From Thiogranum sp. (GTDB lineage Bacteria > Pseudomonadota > Gammaproteobacteria > DSM-19610), in assembly GCA_024102665.1 (NCBI GenBank), contig JAGFJP010000040.1, forward strand, positions 1,412 to 65,411: DNA of 64,000 nt. Reading direction: 5' to 3'. Made by a program: the position numbers and the translations under genes. The stretch's first letter is position 1; each line of letters opens with the position of its first letter. Shown here one piece after another: positions 1 to 8,252 of the stretch. The notes under the pieces were generated by a model that saw only the letters and a program-made list of their open reading frames with translations, was not told the DNA's origin and did not search any database.

Positions 1-669
1 TATGAAGGCATGCGCAAGGAAATCGATGCCGATTTCTATGTCGTCAAGACGCGGCCCCCGGCGGTGTATCGCGGCAATCCCTTTCAGATCGAAGTGGGCA
101 TCGCCTGGGGCCAGCCCGGCGGCGCGGACCTGGAGGTGGATGCGAACGGCCGCATCCGCAAGACCGCGCACCCGAAGCGCGATGCAGCCGATGCGCTGGT
201 GCTGCACGCCGATGCGCCGGCCCATCTGCTGCGCTTTGCCAACCGGGTCCCGATGCTCTACGAGCAGGCCGGTTGCGCCATTACCCGCGCGGTGACGCAG
301 ATCAACTGGCGCTCGTATGGCCTGCAGCAGCCAAAAGGCGCGCTGCCCGTCGCGCCCATGGTGATCCTGGTGCACCTGGCGTCGGTGTGGGTGCCGTTCA
401 CTTCAGAGGCCAAGGAAGCGATTGCGCCGTATCCGGAAATCATCAAAGAACTGAAACTCGGGCTGCAGGCCTGCGCGCGGACACTGGCGGAACACCTGCG
501 CCAGGAAAAGCGCCTGAAGCGCGAGTACGAAAAACGTTCGCATATCGAGACGTACCTGCCGCACGTGGGTATCGCGCTGCAGGAGATTCTCGAACTCAGC
601 GATGCGCAACGGGAACAGGCGGTGGAAGGTCTGGATGCGGTGCTGCATCGAAGCCGGAGAGTGCAATGA
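1..669 (+). CDS. top6B: DNA topoisomerase VI subunit B, C-terminal portion (5' end outside window)
   Basis: The reading frame is open from base 1. Motifs PPAVYRGNPFQIEVGIAWG, LLRFANRVPMLYEQ and WVPFTSEAKEAIA resemble the Top6B transducer domain. The stop overlaps the next start codon (ATGA at 666-669). Confidence 0.75.
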   Translation, partial: YEGMRKEIDADFYVVKTRPPAVYRGNPFQIEVGIAWGQPGGADLEVDANGRIRKTAHPKRDAADALVLHADAPAHLLRFANRVPMLYEQAGCAITRAVTQINWRSYGLQQPKGALPVAPMVILVHLASVWVPFTSEAKEAIAPYPEIIKELKLGLQACARTLAEHLRQEKRLKREYEKRSHIETYLPHVGIALQEILELSDAQREQAVEGLDAVLHRSRRVQ

Positions 670-1811
670 AGAAAACCGGAAAAAATCCAGAGGCCGGGGC
701 GCGACAGGCGCTGGACGAGACCACGCTGCGCCTGATAAGCGATATTGCGCGGTCGGTCCAGGCCAGCATCGAACAGGGCGAACTGCCGCATATCGAGTTG
801 CCGGTCAGGAGTCTCGCCAACGTCAGCTACGACGCCGGGAAGGGTTATTTCGAACTCGGCAAGGCGCGGAAAAAACGCACCTTGACCGTGAACACCGTCC
901 GTTCCTTCGCGCAGACGCTGCGACTGATGGCCGCGTCGCGGCAAATGGTGCAGAGCGATGACTTCGCAACCAAGCGCGAGGCCTATTACATCAGCAAGAA
1001 CTGGGGCGAATGCGGCTTCGAGGAGCAGGCCGAGTCAGACGCCATTATGGATGACATCGAGGCCCTGGCATCACTGCACGGACTGTCGCGCGAGCAGTTG
1101 CGATTCTATCCGGAGTCGCACGGCGGGTCGGTCGCGGGCCCGTTGACGGTGATCGACACCGATCCGGCAACCGGGAACACCATCGAGATCGACTGCGCGA
1201 ACCTCGGCAGCGGCGCCTGGAGCGTGCCACGCTCGGTCGAGCGCCTCGGATTTCGCAGCGACGCGGAGTTCATTCTGGCGATCGAGACCGGCGGTATGTT
1301 CCAGCGGCTGAACAATCACCGCTTCTGGAACAGGGCGCGCTGCATCCTGGTGGAGATGGGCGGCGTGCCGACGCGCGCCACGCGGCGTTTTATCCGCCGG
1401 CTGTCCGACAGCACCGATCTGCCTGTGTACTGTTTTGTCGATTGCGACCCGTACGGATTTGCCAATATCTATCGTACATTGAAGGTGGGCTCGGGCAACG
1501 CGGCGCACATCAACCGCTTCTTCTGCGTGCCGCGCGCGCAGTACCTGGGCGTGACACCGCAGGACATTGTCGATTACAGGCTGGAAGATGCAACGCACCC
1601 GTTGACGAAGACCGATATCAAGCGCGCCAGGGATGCGCTGAAAAACGATCCGTTCTTCGCGTCCCATCCCCGCTGGGTCGCAGCCATCGGGCAATTGCTG
1701 GACATGGGTGTGCGCGCCGAGCAACAGGCGCTGGCCAAGTGGGGGCTGAACTATGTCATCGATGACTATCTGCCGCGCAAGCTGCAGGACAGGGGCAGTT
1801 TTCTTCCGTAG
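666..1811 (+). CDS. top6A: DNA topoisomerase VI subunit A (Spo11/Top6A family)
   Basis: ATG at 666 is in frame with track ORF 273..1811; the longer start would overlap top6B out of frame. Catalytic-Tyr motif KREAYYISK (YY codons at 984-989). Toprim acidic motifs ILAIETGG and VDCDPYGF (DxDPxG). Confidence 0.85.
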   Translation: MKKTGKNPEAGARQALDETTLRLISDIARSVQASIEQGELPHIELPVRSLANVSYDAGKGYFELGKARKKRTLTVNTVRSFAQTLRLMAASRQMVQSDDFATKREAYYISKNWGECGFEEQAESDAIMDDIEALASLHGLSREQLRFYPESHGGSVAGPLTVIDTDPATGNTIEIDCANLGSGAWSVPRSVERLGFRSDAEFILAIETGGMFQRLNNHRFWNRARCILVEMGGVPTRATRRFIRRLSDSTDLPVYCFVDCDPYGFANIYRTLKVGSGNAAHINRFFCVPRAQYLGVTPQDIVDYRLEDATHPLTKTDIKRARDALKNDPFFASHPRWVAAIGQLLDMGVRAEQQALAKWGLNYVIDDYLPRKLQDRGSFLP

Positions 1812-1919
1812 ACGGGCAGGGTCAGGACAGCTGCTGTTTCTGATCGGCAAATCGGTGTAACCTTCAAGCGGGGTCCGGCGCTGTTCCGGAGGAGGAGAGA
1901 TGTTGATAAGGAGTCTGTC

Positions 1920-2897
1920 ATGACGCGGCCTGCACGGGTGCTGATGTGGATGCTGCCGTTTCTGGCGTTGATCGGTCTGGCGGTGGTTGTGCTGTTCGAC
2001 CCGCTCAGCGAGGCGTTTTTCTCCAACCCCGTCTTCAACGGCATCATCATTGTTGTTTTTCTGGCCGGCATCATCGTCAATTTCCAGCAGGTCTACAGCC
2101 TGTCGTCCGAGGCGGCCTGGGTCGACCGCCAGCGCAGCACGCGGCCGCGACGCGGAGCGGCCCGGCGCACGCGCATGTTGCTGGCGCTGGAGAATATCGC
2201 GCAGCAGCACGGCGATCAGCCGATGCGCCTGTCGCCCCTGTCGCTGCGCGCCGTGCTCGACAGTGTGCGGCTGCGTCTCGACGAAGCGCGCGATGTCTCG
2301 CGCTACACCATCGGCCTGCTGATTTTCCTTGGCCTGCTGGGAACCTTCTGGGGCCTGCTGCAGACAGTCAGCGCCGTCGGGCAGATGATCGCTGAAGTGA
2401 GCACCGGCGGCGGTGAAAACGGCGTCCTGTTCGGCAGCCTGCTGGCGGGCCTGGAACAACCCCTGGCCGGTATGGGCACGGCGTTCAGTTCGTCGCTGTT
2501 CGGTCTCGCCGGCTCCCTGATTCTCGGTTTTCTCGACCTGCAGGTCGGTCACGCGCAGAATCGTTTCTTCAATCAGCTCGAGGAGTGGTTGACCGGCCTG
2601 ACGCGCCTGTCGGGTCTGCAGCAGGCGGCCGAAGGCGGACTGAGTGAACCGACTTACATTCACGCCCTGCTGGAGAAGACCGCCGATACGCTGGACAAGC
2701 TGCAGCGTGGCATGGTGCGCGACGAGGCCCAGCGGCGCGATCTCGACGCCAGCATCCTGCGGCTGGCCGAAGAGCTGTCTTCCGGCCGCGATCAGTTGTC
2801 GGACGAGATTCGTGACGAATTGCGGCTGATTGCGCGCGCGCTGGCGGCCGAGGCGCGTGCGCGCAGGAAACCGGACGAGCATGCGCGCGCCGGGTGA
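1920..2897 (+). CDS. MotA/TolQ/ExbB-family proton-channel protein
   Basis: AAGGAG lies 7 nt upstream of the ATG. N-terminal TM helices are followed by a MotA_ExbB-type core (LLIFLGLLGTFWGLL ... GMGTAFSSSLFGLAGSLILGFLDL). Confidence 0.8.
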   Translation: MTRPARVLMWMLPFLALIGLAVVVLFDPLSEAFFSNPVFNGIIIVVFLAGIIVNFQQVYSLSSEAAWVDRQRSTRPRRGAARRTRMLLALENIAQQHGDQPMRLSPLSLRAVLDSVRLRLDEARDVSRYTIGLLIFLGLLGTFWGLLQTVSAVGQMIAEVSTGGGENGVLFGSLLAGLEQPLAGMGTAFSSSLFGLAGSLILGFLDLQVGHAQNRFFNQLEEWLTGLTRLSGLQQAAEGGLSEPTYIHALLEKTADTLDKLQRGMVRDEAQRRDLDASILRLAEELSSGRDQLSDEIRDELRLIARALAAEARARRKPDEHARAG

Positions 2898-2903
2898 CGC
2901 CGC

Positions 2904-4028
2904 ATGTTGATCGCGAGTCGCCGCCGCCGTGCGCTGGACATCTGGCCGGGTTTTGTCGACGCCCTGGCGGCGTTGTTGATGGTGGTGATTTTTGTCCTGC
3001 TGCTGTTTTCGCTCGGCCAGTTCCTGCTCAACGACGCCCTGATTGGGCGCGATGCGGCGTTGAGCCGTCTGCGCGGACAGATGGACAGCCTGTCGACCCT
3101 GCTGGCGCAGACGCGCGAGGAAAAACAACAGCTGGAGGAGCGCCTGCAGGGCGTCTCGGGCGAGCTGCAAAGCGTCCAGGCAACCCGGGATGATCTGCAG
3201 GCGCAAGTCGCAGCGCTCACCCTCAAGGCCCACAACGTCGAACTGGCGCTGGCGGCGCTACAGCTGGAACTGAACACCAGCCGCAGCGAACTCGCCGAAC
3301 AGCAGGAACTGAATGAACAGCGCGTGGCGGAAATCGCGGCGCTGGAATCGACGCGTGGCGATCTGCAGGTGAAACTGGAGAGCAGCCGCGAGGAGGCCAG
3401 CCGCGCCAGAGACGCGAGCGGGGAACTCAACCGGCAACTGGCGGCGTTGAACGAGCAGATCACGCGCCTCAACAGCGCGCTGGCAGTGTCCGAATCCAGC
3501 CTGAAGGACAAGACGCTGGAGGTTGAGAATCTCGGTGCGCGGCTGAACGAGGCGCTGGTGGACAAGGTCGAGGAACTCGCGGCCTATCGATCCGAGTTCT
3601 TCGGCAAGTTGCACGAGGCGCTGCAGGACAATCCCGATGTGCGCATCGAGGGCGACCGCTTCCTGCTGCCGTCCGAGGTGCTGTTCCCGTCGGCCTCGGC
3701 CGAGCTGGACGAGCGCGGCCAGCGCGAAATCGCCAAGGTGGCGAAGAGCCTCAAGGACATCATGGCGAAGATACCGCCCGACATGGACTGGGTGCTGCGT
3801 GTCGATGGTCACACCGATCGCCGGCCGATACGCAGGGTGTTCCCCTCCAACTGGGAACTGTCTTCGGCGCGCGCCACCAGTATCGTCAAGGACCTGATAG
3901 CGGAAGGCATTCCCCCGGAGCACCTGGTTGCCGCAGGTTTTGCGCAGTATCACCCGGTGGATAGCGGTGATACCGAGGAAGCCTACAAGCGTAACCGCCG
4001 CATCGAACTCAAGCTTACCAGCCGGTAG
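2904..4028 (+). CDS. MotB/OmpA-family peptidoglycan-binding protein with long coiled-coil spacer
   Basis: Starts after a 6-nt gap from the MotA-like stop (2897). N-terminal TM segment WPGFVDALAALLMVVIFVLLLF. A heptad-like Q/E/L/A-rich segment of roughly 190 aa follows. C-terminal OmpA-like domain (NWELSSARATSIV ... NRRIELKL). Confidence 0.8.
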   Translation: MLIASRRRRALDIWPGFVDALAALLMVVIFVLLLFSLGQFLLNDALIGRDAALSRLRGQMDSLSTLLAQTREEKQQLEERLQGVSGELQSVQATRDDLQAQVAALTLKAHNVELALAALQLELNTSRSELAEQQELNEQRVAEIAALESTRGDLQVKLESSREEASRARDASGELNRQLAALNEQITRLNSALAVSESSLKDKTLEVENLGARLNEALVDKVEELAAYRSEFFGKLHEALQDNPDVRIEGDRFLLPSEVLFPSASAELDERGQREIAKVAKSLKDIMAKIPPDMDWVLRVDGHTDRRPIRRVFPSNWELSSARATSIVKDLIAEGIPPEHLVAAGFAQYHPVDSGDTEEAYKRNRRIELKLTSR

Positions 4029-4077
4029 TGACAGGCGGGTGGCGTCACTGATATCCGGAAGGGCAGGAGGGAGAACC

Positions 4078-5061
4078 ATGACTGTATCCGTACCGCTGTA
4101 TCCATTGCGCCTGGCCGGTCTGGTAGCGGCGGCTTTGCTTTCCGTGGCACAACCGGTCCTCGCCGACAACGTGAAAATCACGCCCCTCGGCAGTCATGAC
4201 GGTGAGTTCTGCCGCTTCGATCGCGCCATGCTTCTCGAAGATCCGGACGGCACGCGCCTGCTTTACGATGCCGGCCGCACGGTCGCCGGCGCCGGCGATC
4301 CCCGTCTCGGCAAAATCGATGCGGTGCTGGTCAGTCATCTGCACGGCGATCATGTCGGCGACAGGCACATCGAGCGCGTCAACGCCGGCTCATGCGAGGA
4401 GCCGGAAGTTGCGGAAGTGGATACGCCGCATACCAACAGCGTGAAAATCGCTGTGGCGAAGAAGGCCGCCATCGTGACCGGCAGCGAGATGCCGAAGTTC
4501 TTTGCGACCAAACTCAAGGCGCTGGGCGGTGATCCGGATGCGGCACAGCTGGTGCGCTTCGGCGGTTCGCGCAAGGTCGGCGGCGTGACCGTCACCACGG
4601 TGCCGGCGGTGCACTCCAACGGCATTGCGGGCGTCATGATCGGCGGCGAGCTGGGCGACATGCTCGACGCGGCCGGCCTGACGGCGTACGCCGGCCCGCC
4701 GACCGGCTATGTTCTGACGTTCTCCAATGGCCTGGTGCTGTACCTGTCAGGCGATACGGGAATCACGGCGGAGCAGGATGCCGTGGTGCGCCGGCACTAC
4801 GGTGCTGATCTGGCGGTGATCAATATCGGCGATACCTTCACCACCGGTCCGAAGGAGGCGGCCTGGGTAGTGAACGAACTGGTCAGGCCCGCGGCAGTGA
4901 TCCCGTCGCACGCCAATGAAGCGGCGACCAAGGGTGGAAAAGTGATCGCCGGCACGCGCACCGAAATGTTCATCGAGGCGGCGCGTGTACCGGTGCATCT
5001 GCCCTTGAGTGGCCGCACCATGGCGTTCGACAGCAGCGGCCGGTGTGTTGCAGGCTGCTGA
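4078..5061 (+). CDS. secreted MBL-fold metallo-hydrolase
   Basis: ATG 4078 is preceded by GGAGGGAG. Signal peptide LRLAGLVAAALLSVAQPVLA/DN. HxHxDH motif within VSHLHGDHVGD. The track start at 3928 is rejected because it overlaps the previous gene. Confidence 0.7.
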   Translation: MTVSVPLYPLRLAGLVAAALLSVAQPVLADNVKITPLGSHDGEFCRFDRAMLLEDPDGTRLLYDAGRTVAGAGDPRLGKIDAVLVSHLHGDHVGDRHIERVNAGSCEEPEVAEVDTPHTNSVKIAVAKKAAIVTGSEMPKFFATKLKALGGDPDAAQLVRFGGSRKVGGVTVTTVPAVHSNGIAGVMIGGELGDMLDAAGLTAYAGPPTGYVLTFSNGLVLYLSGDTGITAEQDAVVRRHYGADLAVINIGDTFTTGPKEAAWVVNELVRPAAVIPSHANEAATKGGKVIAGTRTEMFIEAARVPVHLPLSGRTMAFDSSGRCVAGC

Positions 5062-5147
5062 GAAGAAAAGGGGACAGTTTCCTTTATTTCTGGTGTGACG
5101 GTGGCGCCGGGCTTAAGATGAAGCCGGGACTGCAGAGGTAATTCATT

Positions 5148-5888
5148 ATGCTGAATCGCACCGGGTTTTTAGTGGCGCTGTTTGCCTGTTCTTCATTCGC
5201 TCTGCTCGGCACAGGCGCAATCAATTCGGCCTATGCCGATCAGACTGTTTCCGATGCCGTACAACAACCGGCCCCGAACAAAATTCACGGCAGGGTAACG
5301 GAAGTCATCGAGGCTGCCGGTTACACCTATGCCGAAGTGGATACGGGCAAAGAGAAAGTCTGGGCCGCAGCGTCGACCACGCCGTTGAAAATCGGTGACG
5401 TGATTGCGTTTACAACCGAGATGCCGATGGAGAACTTTCACAGCAACTCGATGAATCGCGATTTCCCCATCATTTATTTTGTGAACCGGTTTATAACCGA
5501 AGATTCAACCTCGACAGCCGCAACCACAGCCGCGGTTGCACCGCATGACAAAATCAAACCGGCAGCCGCAGCCAGGGCCGTCGAAGGTATCGATAAAGTC
5601 GAGGCTGGCAACACCATCGCCGAAGTCTATACCGATAAGCAAAAGTTCGAAGGCAAAACCATACGCGTACGTGGACAGGTCATTAAATTCACCGCCAACG
5701 TGATGGGCAAGAACTGGCTTCACATCAGAGACAGCAGCACATCGGAAGACCTAACCGTCACCACCGATAGCACGGTAGCCATCGATGATCTTGTCGTCAT
5801 CGAAGGCAAGCTCGCGCTGGATAAGGATTTCGGTTACGGCTATGTGTATCCGCTTATTGTGCAAGATGCCGGGGTAACAACGGAATAA
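5148..5888 (+). CDS. secreted hypothetical protein with two internally similar beta-rich (OB-like) halves
   Basis: Signal peptide ending AYA/DQ. Visibly lower G+C than neighbouring genes. I recognised no family. Confidence 0.5.
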   Translation: MLNRTGFLVALFACSSFALLGTGAINSAYADQTVSDAVQQPAPNKIHGRVTEVIEAAGYTYAEVDTGKEKVWAAASTTPLKIGDVIAFTTEMPMENFHSNSMNRDFPIIYFVNRFITEDSTSTAATTAAVAPHDKIKPAAAARAVEGIDKVEAGNTIAEVYTDKQKFEGKTIRVRGQVIKFTANVMGKNWLHIRDSSTSEDLTVTTDSTVAIDDLVVIEGKLALDKDFGYGYVYPLIVQDAGVTTE

Positions 5889-5903
5889 GCGCGGTCGCTT
5901 GCG

Positions 5904-6110
5904 GTGAACAGGAAGGTTCGGTCTCCCGGTGTTTCCAGATCCGGCCGTCTCTGTGACGAAGGTTTGCAACGGCTGGAAAAGCAGCTCGCCGGTGGCGCCG
6001 CCGTCAGCGTTCCGGTCCTGGCGCAATGGATCAGGCGTTACGGGGAACCGGCCAGGGAAATCATCCGCCGGCACGGGCAGTATTGCGGTGAGCTGGATTC
6101 AGTTGAATAG
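5904..6110 (+). CDS. small hypothetical protein (GTG start)
   Basis: 68-aa ORF with plausible composition, starting 16 nt after the previous stop. No recognised motif. Confidence 0.3.
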   Translation: MNRKVRSPGVSRSGRLCDEGLQRLEKQLAGGAAVSVPVLAQWIRRYGEPAREIIRRHGQYCGELDSVE

Positions 6111-6173
6111 CAGGTGCACCGCGGACCGGAGGACTGTTTCAAATTTCCCTGGAACGGTATTCGTTCGTCGCAA

Positions 6174-6200
6174 TGAAAAGGGGGCTCTGGAAGCCCCCTT
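6174..6200 (-). terminator. rho-independent terminator downstream of the Sgp-like gene
   Basis: On the minus strand: GGGGGCTTCCAGAGCCCCC followed by TTTTC, about 27 nt after the stop at 6227. Confidence 0.7.
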
Positions 6201-6226
6201 GATGTCAACCGGTTTGTTTCCCGGCA

Positions 6227-6682
6227 TTACCTGACAAGCGGCGCAGCCTGGGGAATACGGTAAGGCGCCTCGGCACTGTAAGGACCCTGGCCGCCGTACC
6301 GGGGACCACCCTGACCAGCGTAAGGAGCCGGGCCACCGTACTGGGCACCCGGGCCACCGTACTGCGGACCCTGTCCGCCGTAAGGACCCTGACCACCGTA
6401 AGAAGCACCGTAAGGAGCGGGTGCGCCATAAGGAGCGCCGTACGGCGCACCATAGCCCGGGTGACCACCGTAGTAGTCGTCACCACCGTAACCGTTTCCA
6501 CGGCCGGCACCGCGGCCGCTGCCGCTGAAGTTCATATTGAAATTGCCGTCGCCGAGCATGTCGCCCATGCCGTTTCCGAATCCGTTGTTGCCCCCGCCAT
6601 TGTTCCAGGGGCCCCATGCGCCGGCCGACGCAGATACTGCGACGAGGCCGAGCGCAGCGATAATCGCTGTAAATTTAATCAT
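6227..6682 (-). CDS. secreted Gly/Tyr-rich repeat protein, sulfur globule protein (Sgp)-like
   Basis: Signal peptide MIKFTAIIAALGLVAVSASA. The mature part is low-complexity G/Y/P/N/A with repeats (GAPYGAPYGAP, YGGQGPYGGQGPQYGG) and an NMNFSGSGRGAGRGNGYGG block, as in Allochromatium SgpA/B-type envelope proteins. Confidence 0.65.
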   Translation of the reverse strand: MIKFTAIIAALGLVAVSASAGAWGPWNNGGGNNGFGNGMGDMLGDGNFNMNFSGSGRGAGRGNGYGGDDYYGGHPGYGAPYGAPYGAPAPYGASYGGQGPYGGQGPQYGGPGAQYGGPAPYAGQGGPRYGGQGPYSAEAPYRIPQAAPLVR

Positions 6683-6830
6683 GATCTCTCTCCGAGGGAT
6701 ATTGCCAGATGATGTACGACGTCATTGTGATGACGTGGCGTGTCGTTAAGACGAGGGAGGGGTGGTGACGTAGGGCGTCGAAATGACCCGTGCAGTGTCA
6801 CAGAACCACGAGGTAATAGCAAGAACTGAT

Positions 6831-6890
6831 TTTTAAGGGGTCAGACCCCTTTGTCGGACTGCCGTCATCCCGGCGAACGCCGGGATGACG
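6831..6890. repeat. intergenic palindromes: AAGGGGTCAGACCCCTTT plus REP-like hairpin GTCATCCCGGCGaaCGCCGGGATGAC
   Basis: Two adjacent self-complementary elements. Both motif types recur elsewhere in the window. Confidence 0.7.
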
Positions 6891-6925
6891 CAAGGAACCG
6901 GACTCATTATTTTTTGATTTTTTAC

Positions 6926-7699
6926 TCACGAACGCTTCAGCACGCTTTCCAATGCAGCATCCTGCGCCCGCTTTTTGCCGATAGCGGGCATGAACATCGG
7001 GACTTCCTTCTGGTACTGCCGGTACTCGGGCAAGAACGTTTCCAGGTCTTTCTCCTCCAGTCTCGCGCCGACGAAGATATAGCCCGTGCACAGCAGCGCG
7101 AATACCAGGTGCGAAACCGTCATGACGGGTGCCGCCCAGAGGCCGATCATAAGGCCGACATACAAGGGATGGCGCACGTAGCGATACAGCCAGGGGGTAT
7201 TGAACGCCAGATGCGTATAGGGTTTGCCGCGGAAATGCAGCCACACCTGGCGCAGACCGAACAGGTCGAAGTGATTGAGCTGGAACGAGGCCAGAAACAG
7301 GATTCCCCAGCCGGTGGCGAACAGGCTGTACAGGATACTGACCGCGATCGGGTCCGTTATCTCCCAGAGCACGCCGCCCAGCGGTTGCCAGAAATACACA
7401 ATGCAGCCCAGCAAGACCGTGGATGCCAGTACATAAGTGCTGCGTTCCATCGCTTTGGGAATGACCTTCGTCCATGCGCGCTTGAAAGCCGGTCGCGCCA
7501 TGATGCTGTGTTGCAGGGCAAAGGCCGTCAGCAGGCCGATGTCGATCAACAGGGCGCGACCCAGGTCGCTGCTGCCCGGCGAGTCCAGCGACGGGCTGAC
7601 CAGGATGTTGCCGATGAACAGTATGGCGTAGTTGAACACGGCGAAAAACAGCGCGTAGACGAATACGCCATAGCCGAGTATGAGTGTTCGCTTGAACAT
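6926..7699 (-). CDS. ICMT/PEMT-family integral-membrane methyltransferase (MddA-like)
   Basis: ATG 7699 has GAGGAGG upstream. Multi-TM protein with C-terminal motif RHPLYVGLMIGLWAAP ... ARLEEKDL typical of isoprenylcysteine carboxyl-methyltransferase-like enzymes, the family that includes methanethiol S-methyltransferase. Confidence 0.65.
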   Translation of the reverse strand: MFKRTLILGYGVFVYALFFAVFNYAILFIGNILVSPSLDSPGSSDLGRALLIDIGLLTAFALQHSIMARPAFKRAWTKVIPKAMERSTYVLASTVLLGCIVYFWQPLGGVLWEITDPIAVSILYSLFATGWGILFLASFQLNHFDLFGLRQVWLHFRGKPYTHLAFNTPWLYRYVRHPLYVGLMIGLWAAPVMTVSHLVFALLCTGYIFVGARLEEKDLETFLPEYRQYQKEVPMFMPAIGKKRAQDAALESVLKRS

Positions 7700-7841
7700 G
7701 GTGTCACCTCCTCTGGTGAATGGTGGTTTATGCCCCCGCATAGCCCAGTTCGCTCATGATCTGCATTAACAGCCGTTTGAGCTCGCCTGCGCTTCGGTAC
7801 ATCTGTTCGATGGTTTTCATAGCGCCGCCTCTGATTTGCCG

Positions 7842-8075
7842 TTAAATGCCCACCAGCGACGCGTTGAATCCGAGGCGCGTCAGTTTGTTCAGGATCGCGA
7901 GGGCGCGTGTCTGGCCGGCGTTATATGCCACCATGATGAGACTGGGCTGAGTCGGGCTCCGATCAAACCTGATGACGCCCTCGATGCGCTTTACCTGGTT
8001 GGCGACTTCCTCGAATTGCGTCTGGCTTAACGGGTTATGGGTGTGAATGATCACGTCGGTTGCTGTGTGGTTCAT
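7842..8075 (-). CDS. small hypothetical protein (77 aa)
   Basis: Clean ORF with plausible alpha/beta composition, divergent from the HxlR gene. No family recognised. Confidence 0.45.
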   Translation of the reverse strand: MNHTATDVIIHTHNPLSQTQFEEVANQVKRIEGVIRFDRSPTQPSLIMVAYNAGQTRALAILNKLTRLGFNASLVGI

Positions 8076-8252
8076 GATGACTCTCCTGTTGACTGATTGC
8101 TGTGGTTGAGGGAACGATTACTTGCCCGACGTGGGAAGCCTAGGCAACAGGGGACTTTGAAAATACTCTCGATTGTGTAGTATCCAGCTACATAAAGTGG
8201 AGTAACCCGCTACACTGAAACATCGACGGGGTTTCCCGATCCGGAGAATGGA

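Noticed and set aside
273-1811. 512-aa version of the top6A ORF starting at 273
   Set aside because: The first ~130 codons overlap top6B in another frame and are Arg/Gly/Ala-rich. The ATG at 666 gives the ATGA coupling and a normal Top6A N-terminus.
1900-1923. 7-codon mini-ORF (MLIRSLS) with GGAGGAGGAGAG upstream, overlapping the MotA-like start codon
   Set aside because: It could be a leader peptide, but it is too short to support from sequence alone. The purine-rich run may simply be part of the extended RBS region.
1071-3233. 720-aa minus-strand ORF spanning top6A and the MotA/MotB-like genes
   Set aside because: It is antisense to three well-supported genes. Its Arg/Gln/Ala/Pro-rich composition with no motifs is typical of stop-codon-poor antisense frames in GC-rich DNA.
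7728-7820. 30-aa minus-strand ORF (MKTIEQMYRSAGELKRLLMQIMSELGYAGA) between the 77-aa gene and the methyltransferase
   Set aside because: The helical sequence is plausible, but I saw no clear RBS and have no conservation evidence, so it is not reported as a feature.
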